Positions 8,450 through 19,213 of a DNA stretch of 64,000 bases are shown here, piece after piece. Position 1 is the first letter of the stretch; each line of letters starts with the position of its first letter. The position numbers were made by a program, and so were the translations under genes. Location: contig CBDBNT010000003.1 of NCBI GenBank assembly GCA_965208015.1, positions 305,832 to 369,831 of the forward strand. Reading direction: 5' to 3'. The DNA is from Dehalococcoidia bacterium (GTDB taxonomy: Bacteria; Chloroflexota; Dehalococcoidia; Lucifugimonadales; UBA3495). The notes beneath the pieces were generated by a model that worked only from the letters and a program-made list of their open reading frames with translations, was not told where the DNA came from and made no database searches.

Positions 8450-9574
8450 TCACCGCAGCACCCGGTTCAGCGCCGCGTGCCGACCCGGGTCCAGGTCCTT
8501 CCCGGCAAGGGCCGGGTGGTCGGGGCTGTAGCGGTGACAGCGGAAGGTGGCGTTAGTGTATTCCATGCCGCCACCGCCACCAGCGGCTTCGCTGTAGAGG
8601 AAGAACGGGTTGATGTACTCCCAGACGATCTCGCCTCGGGGAGTGACCTCGAACATGCGGCCCGGCGCGCCCTCGCAGATCAGCGTGTTGCCGTTGGGCT
8701 GCCGCTCCGCGCTGCTGATGTTGTAGCTGTAGAAGGAAATGGCGGGCATTCCCCGGTACTCCCAATGGATCTCGTTGGTTGCCGGGTCCACCTCCACGAC
8801 GCGGGAGAAACTGGTGCCGGGCCGGTGGGACCCGTTGTCGAAGATCAGCACCCGTCCGTTGTCCAGCCAGGTTGGATGATGTTGCTGGTAAATCTCGCCC
8901 GGGCCCCACTTCCACTTGAAGGCTCCAGTGGCACGGTCCACGATGCCCACGGTGCTGGTCAAACGGTAGCTGACCAGCAGGTCACCGTCAGGCGTGACGT
9001 TCAGGCAATTCCCGTGGGTCCATTCCCGCCGGGCATCCGGACCGATAATGTCTTCGGTCGGATCCAGATGCTCCCAGGATTTCCACTCCCAAACAGTCGC
9101 GCCGTCCGGCGTCACTTCACGAACCACGTCGCCAAGCATCCCGGGGGCAAAATCCACCTCGAAGCCTCCCTGTACCTGGTCTTCCAGACCATCGGGCAGC
9201 GGCTCCCACAGCAGCAGCAGAGTGTTGCCATTGGGCAGGCGCTCATAGTCATGGTGGAGCGTGTTGTCCCGGTAGGCCCAGACCAGATTGCTGTCCCAGT
9301 CCAGTTCGATGATGCTGGCCGAGGAGCCGCCTACCGTCTCGATGCCGCCGGCGTCCTCGGGCGGTAAGGTACGGCACAGCAGGTTGCCGTTGTCCAGCAA
9401 GTAGGAATAGTGGATGCCCTCAGGAGAATGCCACCGGTGGACGACGTTGCCCTGCATATCAATCAGGTAAGCGTCCTTGCCGCCGCGCGTGGTCGAAAAA
9501 AGCGTGTAGCCGCGATTGCACGCTGCGGGTGTGTGATGGATCAGTCCGACTGGATGGTGAATCGACCAGCCCAT
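8450..9574 (-). CDS. Arylsulfotransferase (ASST)-like beta-propeller protein
   Basis: 374 aa with repeated NGN(L/T)L and W-E-W/Y blades, resembling the aryl-sulfate sulfotransferase family. Assignment from motif memory only. Confidence 0.6.
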   Translation of the reverse strand: MGWSIHHPVGLIHHTPAACNRGYTLFSTTRGGKDAYLIDMQGNVVHRWHSPEGIHYSYLLDNGNLLCRTLPPEDAGGIETVGGSSASIIELDWDSNLVWAYRDNTLHHDYERLPNGNTLLLLWEPLPDGLEDQVQGGFEVDFAPGMLGDVVREVTPDGATVWEWKSWEHLDPTEDIIGPDARREWTHGNCLNVTPDGDLLVSYRLTSTVGIVDRATGAFKWKWGPGEIYQQHHPTWLDNGRVLIFDNGSHRPGTSFSRVVEVDPATNEIHWEYRGMPAISFYSYNISSAERQPNGNTLICEGAPGRMFEVTPRGEIVWEYINPFFLYSEAAGGGGGMEYTNATFRCHRYSPDHPALAGKDLDPGRHAALNRVLR

Positions 9575-9606
9575 TCGTGTACCTCCGCTAATTCAAATCC
9601 GGCGCG

Positions 9607-9612
9607 ATTATA
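9607..9612 (-). promoter_or_regulatory. -10 box TATAAT (minus strand) for the ASST-like gene
   Basis: Plus-strand ATTATA at 9607-9612, 33 nt upstream of start 9574. Confidence 0.5.
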
Positions 9613-9740
9613 GCAGGGGAGCCGGCGCGGCCCCTGCTTGCGCGCGGGTTATACTGCGTGGGCCTTACGCCGCCAACAGCCGAAGCCACGAGCGCTGTGC
9701 GTGGTGATACTCTCACGGTCCCAAGGATGGCGCCTTAGTC

Positions 9741-10637
9741 GTGTGGATCTTCCTGGCCATCTGTAGCGCCGCTTCGCTCGGCCTCGCGAACGTTGCCCAC
9801 AAAAGGCTGCTGGACAACTACCTTGAGGGAGTTGGAGCGCTGGGCGCCGGTTCGATCGTTACACGATCTGTATGCGCGGCAATAATCCTGATCGCCATGG
9901 GCTGGCCGGTGGGCGCGCCGGCTCAATCGGTTGCCATCGCCCTGCTGTCGGGCGTGAGCTTGGGGTCAGGGCTTCTGCTGCTGTTCCTGGGCCTCAAACT
10001 GGGCGAGGCCTCGCGCGCCGTGGCGGTAAGTCAAACCAACCCGATACTGGTCGCCCTGCTGGCGATGGTGATACTGGGTGAGACCATCACCGCCCCGCAG
10101 TGGGCGGCGATTGCGCTGGTGGTCGTCGGTGTCGCGCTGGTTTCCATTGAAGGATTCGGCCGTGGGCTGCTGAGACTGACGCCGGGGCTGACGGTGCTGG
10201 TGGGCAGTTCCATCACCCTGGGCCTGTCGTTCTTCCTGGCCAAACTGGTGCTGACCGACCTGACGCCGTGGGAAGTGTTCGGGTTGCAGGAACTGGGGAT
10301 GGTGCCGGCCTTCGCGGTTTACGGACGGCCGGAAAACTGGCGTCGGTTATTCCGCGGATTGCGTTCCGGGCCAGGTCTGGCGACTTTCGTCATCGGTGAG
10401 GGCTTGCTGCCCCAGTTGGCCATCATGCTGTTCATCTGGTCCTTCAGCCTCGGGCCGGTGTCGCTGGCGTCGGCGATCCTGGCCACCCGTCCGCTGTTCG
10501 TGTTCGTGGTGGGCACGATGCTCAGCTGGCGGACGTTCGGGATGATGCAGGAATCGCTGCGGCCCAGCGCGCTGGCAGCCAAGGGCGTCGCCATCCTGAT
10601 GATCGTCGGCGGGACGACGGTGCTGGCTGCGCTATGA
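9741..10637 (+). CDS. EamA/DMT-family transporter
   Basis: 298 aa, about 10 hydrophobic helices arranged as two EamA-like halves. Confidence 0.8.
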   Translation: MWIFLAICSAASLGLANVAHKRLLDNYLEGVGALGAGSIVTRSVCAAIILIAMGWPVGAPAQSVAIALLSGVSLGSGLLLLFLGLKLGEASRAVAVSQTNPILVALLAMVILGETITAPQWAAIALVVVGVALVSIEGFGRGLLRLTPGLTVLVGSSITLGLSFFLAKLVLTDLTPWEVFGLQELGMVPAFAVYGRPENWRRLFRGLRSGPGLATFVIGEGLLPQLAIMLFIWSFSLGPVSLASAILATRPLFVFVVGTMLSWRTFGMMQESLRPSALAAKGVAILMIVGGTTVLAAL

Positions 10638-10648
10638 CGATGGGCAGC

Positions 10649-11317
10649 CTATCCTGGGCCGGGGGTGGCTCCACTGTCCGGCCGGCGGGAGCGCACTGCC
10701 CAGAAGTGCACCGCACCCACCACTATGAAGATGCCCAGGCAGTAACCAACGGCTCCCCAACCGACGCCAAAAACCGCTCGGGCCAGCGCCATGGAGGTCA
10801 GATAGATGAACGGCAGCGCGATAATGGTGCTTCTGGTAAGCAGCAGGACCGCGATGCACGGCAGTGCCATAATCAGCACCGCGGCGGGCAGCGCGGCGCC
10901 GGTAATCCCCAAGGCCGTAGCCGCTCCGCGACCGCCGTGAAATTTCAGCCAGACCGGCCAGATTTGCCCGGCCATGGCAGCGGCGCCGGCCAGCATTCCT
11001 GCCGGAGTCAAGGCGAAGACCGGTGCTAGTGAGTCGGGCAATCCGGAAGGGCTGCCGGCCAGCGCGGGGTTGACCAGACGGAACAGCAGGTTGAACGCCA
11101 GCACCGCCGCCACGCCTTTGGCGATGTCCACGGCTCCCACCAGAATGGCCCAACGCCGGCCGCAGATGCGGTTGACGTTGTTGGCCCCGGCGTTCCCGTC
11201 GCCGGCCTGACGGATGTCAACCGCGCCGCTGGTGACCCATCGCACTACCAGGTAGGCGGTGGGTATGCTGCCCAGCAGGTAGCCCCCCAGGGCGGCCGCG
11301 CCGAGCAGCCCGAGCAT
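10649..11317 (-). CDS. plsY: Glycerol-3-phosphate acyltransferase PlsY
   Basis: GSIPTAYLV and GDGNAGANNV motifs, multi-TM, typical length. Confidence 0.85.
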   Translation of the reverse strand: MLGLLGAAALGGYLLGSIPTAYLVVRWVTSGAVDIRQAGDGNAGANNVNRICGRRWAILVGAVDIAKGVAAVLAFNLLFRLVNPALAGSPSGLPDSLAPVFALTPAGMLAGAAAMAGQIWPVWLKFHGGRGAATALGITGAALPAAVLIMALPCIAVLLLTRSTIIALPFIYLTSMALARAVFGVGWGAVGYCLGIFIVVGAVHFWAVRSRRPDSGATPGPG

Positions 11318-11344
11318 CGCCGCTTCTCCGGCGGGGCGACCTCC

Positions 11345-12313
11345 CTAGGCCGGTACCAGGCCCGCAGTCTTTACCGAGGTGCACCAGTGCCGGTACTTGG
11401 GATTGTTGCCGACCACGATGTCGAAGTACATCCGCTGCAGTTGCGTCGTGATCGGGCCGGGTTGCCCGTCGGCGATGGGTCGAAAGTCCAACTCCACCAC
11501 CGGGGTCAGGTGGGCCGCGGTGCCGCTGAGGAACACCTCGTCCGCAAGGTACAACTCGCTGCGGTCGATGGTGCGCATCTGCACTTCCATCCCCAACTCG
11601 GCGGCGGCCAACTGCATGATCGTGTCGCGGGTGATTCCGCCGAGGACGTTGTCCTCCAGCGGCGGGGTGTAGATGACACCTTTCTTGACCATGAAGATGT
11701 TTTCGCCGGAACCTTCCGACACGTGGCCGTCATGGTTGAGCAGGATGGCCTCGTCGAAGCCGGCGATGGTGGCCTCGGTCTTGGCGAGGATGCTGTTGAT
11801 GTAGATGCCGCAAGCCTTGATGCGCGCCGGTATCATCGGGTCGTCGACCCGGCGCCAGGAGGACGTGCAGCAGCGCAGCCGGTCGCTCCCCAGGTAGTTG
11901 CCGAAAGGCACCGTGATCAGGGTGAAGTCCGACGCCAATTCCTGCAACTTCAGGTTGGCCACCAGCTCCTCGCTCTTGTACGCGAGGGGCCTGATGTAAA
12001 TGTCCGAGTCGTGACGGTTGCGCTCGACCAAATCAACCGTGATGTCGCAGAGTTGGTCGGCGGAATAAGGGATGTCCAGCATCAGGATGCGGCATCCGTC
12101 CAGCAGCCGCTCGTAGTGCTCCCGCATGCGGAAGATGTTGATCGCGCCCTGTTCCTGGTTCCAGTTGCCGCGGATACCCTCGAATACGCCCGTCCCGTAG
12201 TGGAGGGCGTGGGTCATTACACTTACCCTGGCCTCGCTGGCTGGTACAAACTGCCCGCGGAAAAACACTTGCAGTTCATCGGCGTTGAAGGAAGCCTGGC
12301 CATTGGTAGTCAC
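11345..12313 (-). CDS. ilvE: Branched-chain amino acid aminotransferase
   Basis: 322 aa class IV aminotransferase pattern (HYGTGVFEGIRG, EGSGENIF). GTG start after AAGGGGG SD. Confidence 0.9.
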   Translation of the reverse strand: MTTNGQASFNADELQVFFRGQFVPASEARVSVMTHALHYGTGVFEGIRGNWNQEQGAINIFRMREHYERLLDGCRILMLDIPYSADQLCDITVDLVERNRHDSDIYIRPLAYKSEELVANLKLQELASDFTLITVPFGNYLGSDRLRCCTSSWRRVDDPMIPARIKACGIYINSILAKTEATIAGFDEAILLNHDGHVSEGSGENIFMVKKGVIYTPPLEDNVLGGITRDTIMQLAAAELGMEVQMRTIDRSELYLADEVFLSGTAAHLTPVVELDFRPIADGQPGPITTQLQRMYFDIVVGNNPKYRHWCTSVKTAGLVPA

Positions 12314-12345
12314 GTAATGCCCCCTTTGAGCAAAGAATTCGCAGC

Positions 12346-12351
12346 ATTATA
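12346..12351 (-). promoter_or_regulatory. -10 box TATAAT (minus strand) for ilvE
   Basis: Plus-strand ATTATA, 33 nt upstream of start 12313. Confidence 0.45.
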
Positions 12352-12440
12352 CCGTCGCGCGGCGAGTGTTGCCAATCAAGCCGGCGTGCGCGGAGACGAA
12401 AAACCCGGGCGCGGCGAACCGGAATTCCACGCCGTCGTTG

Positions 12441-13094
12441 CTACGCTTGCAGTCTTTCGGTGCTATGCGCGCCCGGCCCGGTGGCCGATATGAGCCGTCG
12501 GGCAGACAGGTAATCCATGATGGTATCGACGCACTCGCTGGGGGTGCGCCCGCTGGTGTTGATGGCGATCTCCGGGTCCTCCGGGCGCTCAAAGGGCGAG
12601 TCGATACCCGTGAAGTCGCTGATTTCGCCGGCCCGGGCGCGACGATAGAGCCCCTTGTTATCCCTTTGCTCGCAGAGCGCCAGCGGGGTATCGACAAACA
12701 CCTCGACGAACCTGCCCGCGGGCACCAGGCTCCGGGCGAAGTCTCGTTCCACCTTGAATGGAGAGATGCAGGCGGCCAGCGTGATCAGGCCGGCATCGTA
12801 CATCAGGCCGGCCACCTCGGCCATGCGCCGCACGTTTTCGTGGCGCGCCGCCACGCTGAAATCCAGGTCACGATTGAGGCCATGGCGCAGGTTGTCCCCG
12901 TCCAGCACATAGGTGGCATAGCCGCAGTCGTACAACCGCTTGGCCAGGCAGTTGGCCAGCGTCGTTTTGCCAGCGCCCGACAGACCCGTAAACCAGAGCG
13001 CCAAAGGCTCCTGCTTGAGCAGCGCGGTTCGGTCGCGTCGGGATACGGCGTAGTCCTGCCAGAACACTTCGGATTGGTTGCCCATATCGCACAC
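12441..13094 (-). CDS. cysC: Adenylyl-sulfate (APS) kinase
   Basis: WFTGLSGAGKTTLA P-loop and APS-kinase pattern. Alternative ATG start at 13085. Confidence 0.9.
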   Translation of the reverse strand: MCDMGNQSEVFWQDYAVSRRDRTALLKQEPLALWFTGLSGAGKTTLANCLAKRLYDCGYATYVLDGDNLRHGLNRDLDFSVAARHENVRRMAEVAGLMYDAGLITLAACISPFKVERDFARSLVPAGRFVEVFVDTPLALCEQRDNKGLYRRARAGEISDFTGIDSPFERPEDPEIAINTSGRTPSECVDTIMDYLSARRLISATGPGAHSTERLQA

Positions 13095-13116
13095 CGAGGA
13101 TCAATTATCGCGGGCG

Positions 13117-13122
13117 ATTATA
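13117..13122 (-). promoter_or_regulatory. -10 box TATAAT (minus strand) for cysC
   Basis: Plus-strand ATTATA, 23-32 nt upstream of the candidate starts. It lies only 25 nt from the IS target duplication. Confidence 0.45.
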
Positions 13123-13146
13123 GCGCAGACGGGCGTGTGCAACCTT

Positions 13147-13156
13147 GACAACGCGG
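13147..13156. repeat. Left copy of 10-bp target-site duplication GACAACGCGG
   Basis: Identical 10-mer directly abuts the outer ends of both IS inverted repeats (13147-13156 and 14340-14349). Confidence 0.85.
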
Positions 13157-14339
13157 CTCACGCGTACCCACTTTGAGTTGAAGGGTTGAAAAAGGTCGGC
13201 CTCTCCGGGTAAGGAACGGGTTACCAACCACCGTTTCCACCAGGGGAGGACGACCATGCCATGGTATCACCAGGTTGCCACATTTCTGAACGATGCACTG
13301 CCGCAGTTTCGAGCCACTCGTCGCGCCAATCTGGTGCTGCTCACTGCGGCCATTCTCCAGCGGCGCACCCTGGTGATCTCGGTGTTGGTACGGTCGTGGC
13401 ACGTTCAGCTGCCCTATTCTCACCATCAGCGTAAGAAGCGGCTGTTTCGCTTTCTGTCCAACACCGCTTTTGATAGCGTAACGGTGCAGACGGCATTGTT
13501 GGGGACCATTTGTCAGACGGCCCGATTGCGGGGACTGGTTCCCATCATGATTGACTGGTCGGATCTGGGCCAGGGACGCAACGGTTTGTTTGCGGCCGTC
13601 TGCTTTCGGGGTCGTGGGCTGCCCTTGCTCAGCTGGGTGTCCACGCCGGCAGAGTTGGACCCGTCCCAGAACCGAGTGGAGGAGTTCTTCATCGGTCGGC
13701 TGTTGCGCCACTTGCCCGCCAACATCCGGCCCCTGCTGCTGGCGGACCGAGGCTTCGGGCGGGCCAGCCTGCTCCGCTTCGTGCAGCAGATGCCTAACCA
13801 CACCGGCTATCCCGTGGACTACGTAGTGCGTCTCAAGGGCGACGTGGTGGTGCAGCGCGCCGATTATCGCGGTCGGTTGCGGGACTATCCCTTGCGCAAG
13901 GGCCGGATCAACTTCTGGCCGCAAACCCTTTACCGATCCGACGGCGCCGTGGTCATCAATTTGGTCTTGTACTGGGCCCGTGGCCATCGGGAACCCTGGT
14001 ATCTGGCCACGTCCCTGACTGATCCCCGACTGGCAGTGAAGATGTATCGGAAGCGGATGCAACCGGAGCAGTACTTCAAGGATGGCAAGCAGCGCTTCGG
14101 GCTGGACCGCAGCACGGTAACCACCACCGCCCGGCTGCAACGGCTGCTGGTAGCGCTGCTCCTGGCCTGCTGCTTGCTGATACTGGCAGGAATGCGCGCC
14201 TCGCCAACCTTCCGACGACAGGTCTGCTCCCGGGGCAAATTGGGCATCTTACACTTGGGCTACGAATACTACCTGGCCACTCCCGACCCACCCGACGACT
14301 TCTTCACCATTGCACGCCGACAAACCGGGTACGCGTGAG
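13157..14339 (+). mobile_element. IS4-family insertion sequence, 1183 bp, intact
   Basis: Terminal inverted repeats CTCACGCGTACCC (13157-13169) and GGGTACGCGTGAG (14327-14339). Flanked by a 10-bp direct repeat. Single DDE transposase ORF whose stop lies inside the right IR. Confidence 0.85.
13256..14338 (+). CDS. IS4-family DDE transposase
   Basis: 360 aa. DWSD and LADRGFG acidic motifs, and Y-x2-R-x3-E-x6-K signature in YRKRMQPEQYFKDGK. Confidence 0.85.
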   Translation: MPWYHQVATFLNDALPQFRATRRANLVLLTAAILQRRTLVISVLVRSWHVQLPYSHHQRKKRLFRFLSNTAFDSVTVQTALLGTICQTARLRGLVPIMIDWSDLGQGRNGLFAAVCFRGRGLPLLSWVSTPAELDPSQNRVEEFFIGRLLRHLPANIRPLLLADRGFGRASLLRFVQQMPNHTGYPVDYVVRLKGDVVVQRADYRGRLRDYPLRKGRINFWPQTLYRSDGAVVINLVLYWARGHREPWYLATSLTDPRLAVKMYRKRMQPEQYFKDGKQRFGLDRSTVTTTARLQRLLVALLLACCLLILAGMRASPTFRRQVCSRGKLGILHLGYEYYLATPDPPDDFFTIARRQTGYA

Positions 14340-14349
14340 GACAACGCGG
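14340..14349. repeat. Right copy of 10-bp target-site duplication GACAACGCGG
   Basis: See the left copy. Confidence 0.85.
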
Positions 14350-14352
14350 CGG

Positions 14353-14381
14353 TTGGAACAACCCTTCATTTGTGATAGAAT
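14353..14381 (+). promoter_or_regulatory. sigma70-like promoter (TTGGAA-17-TAGAAT) for the SelW-like gene
   Basis: -35 at 14353-14358, -10 at 14376-14381, 44 nt upstream of ATG 14425. Starts 4 nt after the IS target duplication. Confidence 0.45.
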
Positions 14382-14424
14382 TCTCAAAGCAGGCGCCGAT
14401 AATCGGCTCCAAACGGAGGAAAAC

Positions 14425-14712
14425 ATGGAAGGCAAAGTCCAGATCGAGATCACCTACTGCGTGCCTTGACAGCACCACGCTACCGCCACGTGGATGGCGA
14501 ACGAGTTTTTCCGAGCCTACGGCGGCGACGCCGCGATCACCATCTCCCCGCGCGGCCAGAGCATCATGGAAGTGTTCGTGGACGGCGAGAAGATCTTTGA
14601 CAGGAAGGCTGAGGGGAACATCTACCCCGACCTGGGCCGCGTCCGCAAGATGAAGGAAGTCATCTCCGCGAAGATCGCGCAGGTCGACTTGGCTGTGGCT
14701 GCCGACAACTAG
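14425..14712 (+). CDS. SelW/Rdx-family selenoprotein (95 aa) with in-frame UGA (Sec) at 14467-14469
   Basis: GGAGGA SD, then ATG 14425. The sequence MEGKVQIEITYCVP-TGA-QHHATATWMANEFF... gives a C-x-x-U redox motif. The remainder (track ORF 14494..14712) has the Rdx pattern G..MEVFVDGEKIFDRK..G.YP. Confidence 0.8.
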
Positions 14713-14737
14713 TCGAGCCCAATCGCTGAATAACGAG

Positions 14738-14766
14738 CCGCCGCCCCGGCGAGGGCGGCGGTTTTC
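14738..14766 (+). terminator. Rho-independent terminator
   Basis: 9-bp GC stem CCGCCGCCC / GGGCGGCGG with a 6-nt loop, followed by TTTT. Lies between convergent genes. Confidence 0.7.
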
Positions 14767-14795
14767 GTTTGTCCCGGTATGTCGTTAGCATGGAC

Positions 14796-15464
14796 CTACG
14801 GCACGCGCACGGACGGTATTTTGGTCGTGAGCAACCCCTCTATGGCTGCCCGCACCGCGGTTGAAACCTGGTCGATTGAACGGTGGCCGTCAACGACGTG
14901 CCAGTGGTCAGGGTCGGACTCGGCTTGTTTCAAGAATCCCCGCCGAACGTTGTCATGAAACACCATGATTTCTTCTTCAAACCGGTCAGGTGCGCCGGCC
15001 ATAGGCAGGGCGAGTTGCAGTTGCCGACTGTTCACCCGCTCCAATCCAATCAAAGGATCAATGTTCAGCAAAATGGTGAGGTCGGGATACAATCGGCCGG
15101 TGGCAAAATCGTTCAGCCACTGAATGCGCTCCAATTTGATACCGCGACCGTGTCCCTGGTAGGCGACCGTAGATCCGGCGAAGCGATCAGCGATGACGAC
15201 GGCGCCGTCGTCCAGTAGAGGTCGAATCCGCTCCTCCACCAACTGGGCTCGAGAAGCCTCAAACAGGAGGAGTTCGGCCGACGGGACTATGGGCTCGTTG
15301 TTGACCAGGTAGGCACGCAGGTAGTCCCCCAATTGGGTTGAGCCCGGCTCACGCAACAGCACGGCGTTGTAGCCCTGAGCGCACAAGTGTGATTCCAGGC
15401 AGCGTGCCTGCGTGGACTTGCCGGCGCCCTCGCCACCCTCAAAGGCTATGAACACCCCCGACAT
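14796..15464 (-). CDS. tmk: dTMP (thymidylate) kinase
   Basis: FIAFEGGEGAGKSTQ P-loop and typical Tmk length. Confidence 0.9.
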   Translation of the reverse strand: MSGVFIAFEGGEGAGKSTQARCLESHLCAQGYNAVLLREPGSTQLGDYLRAYLVNNEPIVPSAELLLFEASRAQLVEERIRPLLDDGAVVIADRFAGSTVAYQGHGRGIKLERIQWLNDFATGRLYPDLTILLNIDPLIGLERVNSRQLQLALPMAGAPDRFEEEIMVFHDNVRRGFLKQAESDPDHWHVVDGHRSIDQVSTAVRAAIEGLLTTKIPSVRVP

Positions 15465-15565
15465 CGCCGTGACCCCCGCTTGCGTATCAACGTAACGGCG
15501 TCAGGGTATCAGAAGCAGGGACGACGTTATGCGTGTCGCCACCCCGCATTTCAGGCAACACGTCG

Positions 15566-17236
<1,671 letters not shown>

Positions 17237-17319
17237 CTATGCCTCCCGGTGGCGCTGCGTATCGCCGATCTATTCTGGCGGGCTCTTTGGAAATGACAGG
17301 TTATTGGCTGAGCCGGTGG

Positions 17320-17940
17320 CTAGCGGACACGGGGCGTATCGATCAGGGGAGCGTCGGGATCAAATGCCGGTCCGCCGGCCAGGGAAACGAAATAGCGGTG
17401 AATGCGCGCGTCGTCGGTGAGCTCGGGGTGGAACGACGTGGCCATCATGTTGCCCTGCTGCACCGCGACCGGCCGGCCGTCGGGGAGCGCCGCCAGGACG
17501 TTAACTGGGTCTCCTACCCGGATTATGACCGGCGCGCGAATGAATATGGCGTGATACTCCCGCTCGCCCAGCGCTTTGATGTGCAGGTCCTGTTCGAAAG
17601 AATCGACCTGGCGACCGAAGGCATTGCGCTGGACGCCCACGTCCATGAGCCCCATGGGCACCGGGTCTTCCTCGGTGATTTCATTCGCCAGCATGATCAT
17701 GCCGGCGCACGTGCCCCACACGGCTTTACCCCGTTTTGCCATGTCCACGACCGGTTCGCGGAGATCGTACAGCGACATCAGCCGGCTGAGAGTGGTGCTC
17801 TCACCTCCCGGGATGATGAGCCCGTCCAAGCCTTCGAGGTGCTTGGGCAAGCGCACCTCGCTGGCCGTAACGCCCACACTGCGGAGCACGTGGCAGTGCT
17901 CCGCGAAATCACCCTGGACTGCTAAAACGCCGATGTTCAA
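17320..17940 (-). CDS. pdxT: Pyridoxal 5'-phosphate synthase glutaminase subunit
   Basis: MNIGVLAVQGDF..., GTCAGMI catalytic Cys region, FHPE. Confidence 0.9.
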   Translation of the reverse strand: MNIGVLAVQGDFAEHCHVLRSVGVTASEVRLPKHLEGLDGLIIPGGESTTLSRLMSLYDLREPVVDMAKRGKAVWGTCAGMIMLANEITEEDPVPMGLMDVGVQRNAFGRQVDSFEQDLHIKALGEREYHAIFIRAPVIIRVGDPVNVLAALPDGRPVAVQQGNMMATSFHPELTDDARIHRYFVSLAGGPAFDPDAPLIDTPRVR

Positions 17941-17997
17941 CTAACCGAACTGCCTCTCTGACTTGAGCTCGATAAGTTGGTACCGATGGGGACCCGA

Positions 17998-18891
17998 TCA
18001 GACGCTGCGGGTTGCGAGCAGTTCCTGGTCGGACAGCTCGCGGACGCTGCGGCCAACCATGGGCTCGCCCAGGTCCTTGGACACGTCGGCCAGAATGTGC
18101 GGGTCATTGTAGTGGGTGACCGCCTGGACGATGGCGTGACCGCGGCGCACCGGGTCGCCGGACTTGAAGATGCCCGAGCCCACGAATACGCCGTCAGCGC
18201 CCAGTTGCATCATCAGCGCGGCGTCGGCCGGGGTGGCCACGCCACCGGCGGCGAAATTCACTACGGGCAGGCGGCCTTCCTCGCGAGTCTGCATAAGCAG
18301 GTCGAGGCTCACGCGCATGTCCCGCGCCTCTACCACCAACTCGTCGTCGGGCATGTTGCGCAGCTTGCGGATGGCGTCCTGGACGGCCCGCATGTGGCGC
18401 ACGGCTTCCACCACGTCGCCGGTGCCAGCCTCGCCTTTGGTGCGGATCATGGCCGCGCCTTCGGAGATGCGACGCAGGGCCTCACCCAGGTCGCGGCAGC
18501 CGCAAACGAAGGGCACGGTGTAGTCGTGCTTCCAGACGTGGTGCTGCTCGTCGGCCGGGGTCAGCACCTCCGACTCGTCCACGTAGTCCACGCCCATGGC
18601 CTCGAGGATCTGCGCTTCTACGAAGTGTCCGATGCGGCACTTGGCCATGACGGGAATGGAGACGGAGTTGATGATCTGGGCGATCATGGACGGATCGCTC
18701 ATGCGCGCCACGCCCCCGTCGGCCCGGATATCCGCAGGCACCCGCTCCAGTGCCATCACCGCCACCGCGCCGGCTTCCTGGGCGATGCGGGCCTGGTCCG
18801 GGGTGACCACGTCCATGATGACGCCACCCTTGAGCATCTGGGCGTGGCCGGATTTGACGGTAAAGGTACCGGTCAGGACGTCAGCAACCAT
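17998..18891 (-). CDS. pdxS: Pyridoxal 5'-phosphate synthase lyase subunit
   Basis: Highly conserved PdxS sequence ([31 protein letters not shown]). Confidence 0.95.
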   Translation of the reverse strand: MVADVLTGTFTVKSGHAQMLKGGVIMDVVTPDQARIAQEAGAVAVMALERVPADIRADGGVARMSDPSMIAQIINSVSIPVMAKCRIGHFVEAQILEAMGVDYVDESEVLTPADEQHHVWKHDYTVPFVCGCRDLGEALRRISEGAAMIRTKGEAGTGDVVEAVRHMRAVQDAIRKLRNMPDDELVVEARDMRVSLDLLMQTREEGRLPVVNFAAGGVATPADAALMMQLGADGVFVGSGIFKSGDPVRRGHAIVQAVTHYNDPHILADVSKDLGEPMVGRSVRELSDQELLATRSV

Positions 18892-18930
18892 GTGCGCGCC
18901 TCCTCAATCACAAAACGAAAGGTTGAAACC

Positions 18931-18936
18931 ATTATA
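18931..18936 (-). promoter_or_regulatory. -10 box TATAAT (minus strand) for pdxST
   Basis: Plus-strand ATTATA, 40 nt upstream of the pdxS start. GAGGAGG SD follows. Confidence 0.5.
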
Positions 18937-19213
18937 GCCGTCGCCGCCGGGCCAATCAAATAGCGCGGACATGGCAACTGTTCAGACTTGAGGGGAGCCT
19001 CCCCAGTGCAAAGCCGTCCTACCGGCGCAAGAACGGCCGGCTCCACGTCGGAGAGCGGGGCCGGTACCTGGAAATCCTTGCCACGCTTGCAGTTGCCTGC
19101 GACCTTGACGCCGGATTGAGTCGGATCGTGTTGCGGTAAGCACAGATTATCTGGGAAACGGGCGGGTGACTTTGGCCGGCAGCTTTGCCTGGCTTCTAAC
19201 TCAGGGAGGTTGA

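Noticed and set aside
8450-13094. Considered a functional sulfation link between the ASST-like gene and cysC (APS kinase).
   Set aside because: The genes are separated by three unrelated genes on mixed strands. ASST-type enzymes use aryl-sulfate donors rather than PAPS. No cysD/N or PAPS-dependent sulfotransferase is present.
18992-19004. The 13-nt palindrome GGGGAGCCTCCCC is repeated at 60098-60110, and the 14-mer TGCTATACTGCCGC is shared by the promoters at 45059 and 52254.
   Set aside because: Exact 13-14-mer coincidences are expected many times by chance among about 4e9 position pairs in this window. One copy of the palindrome lies inside the folK coding sequence.
18960-19213. Checked the 320-nt pdxS-upstream gap for a third TGA-containing (Sec) ORF, for example ATG 18971 ... 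TGA.
   Set aside because: Translations on both strands lack any redox motif around the TGA codons. There is no SD, and the frames are short or start-less.
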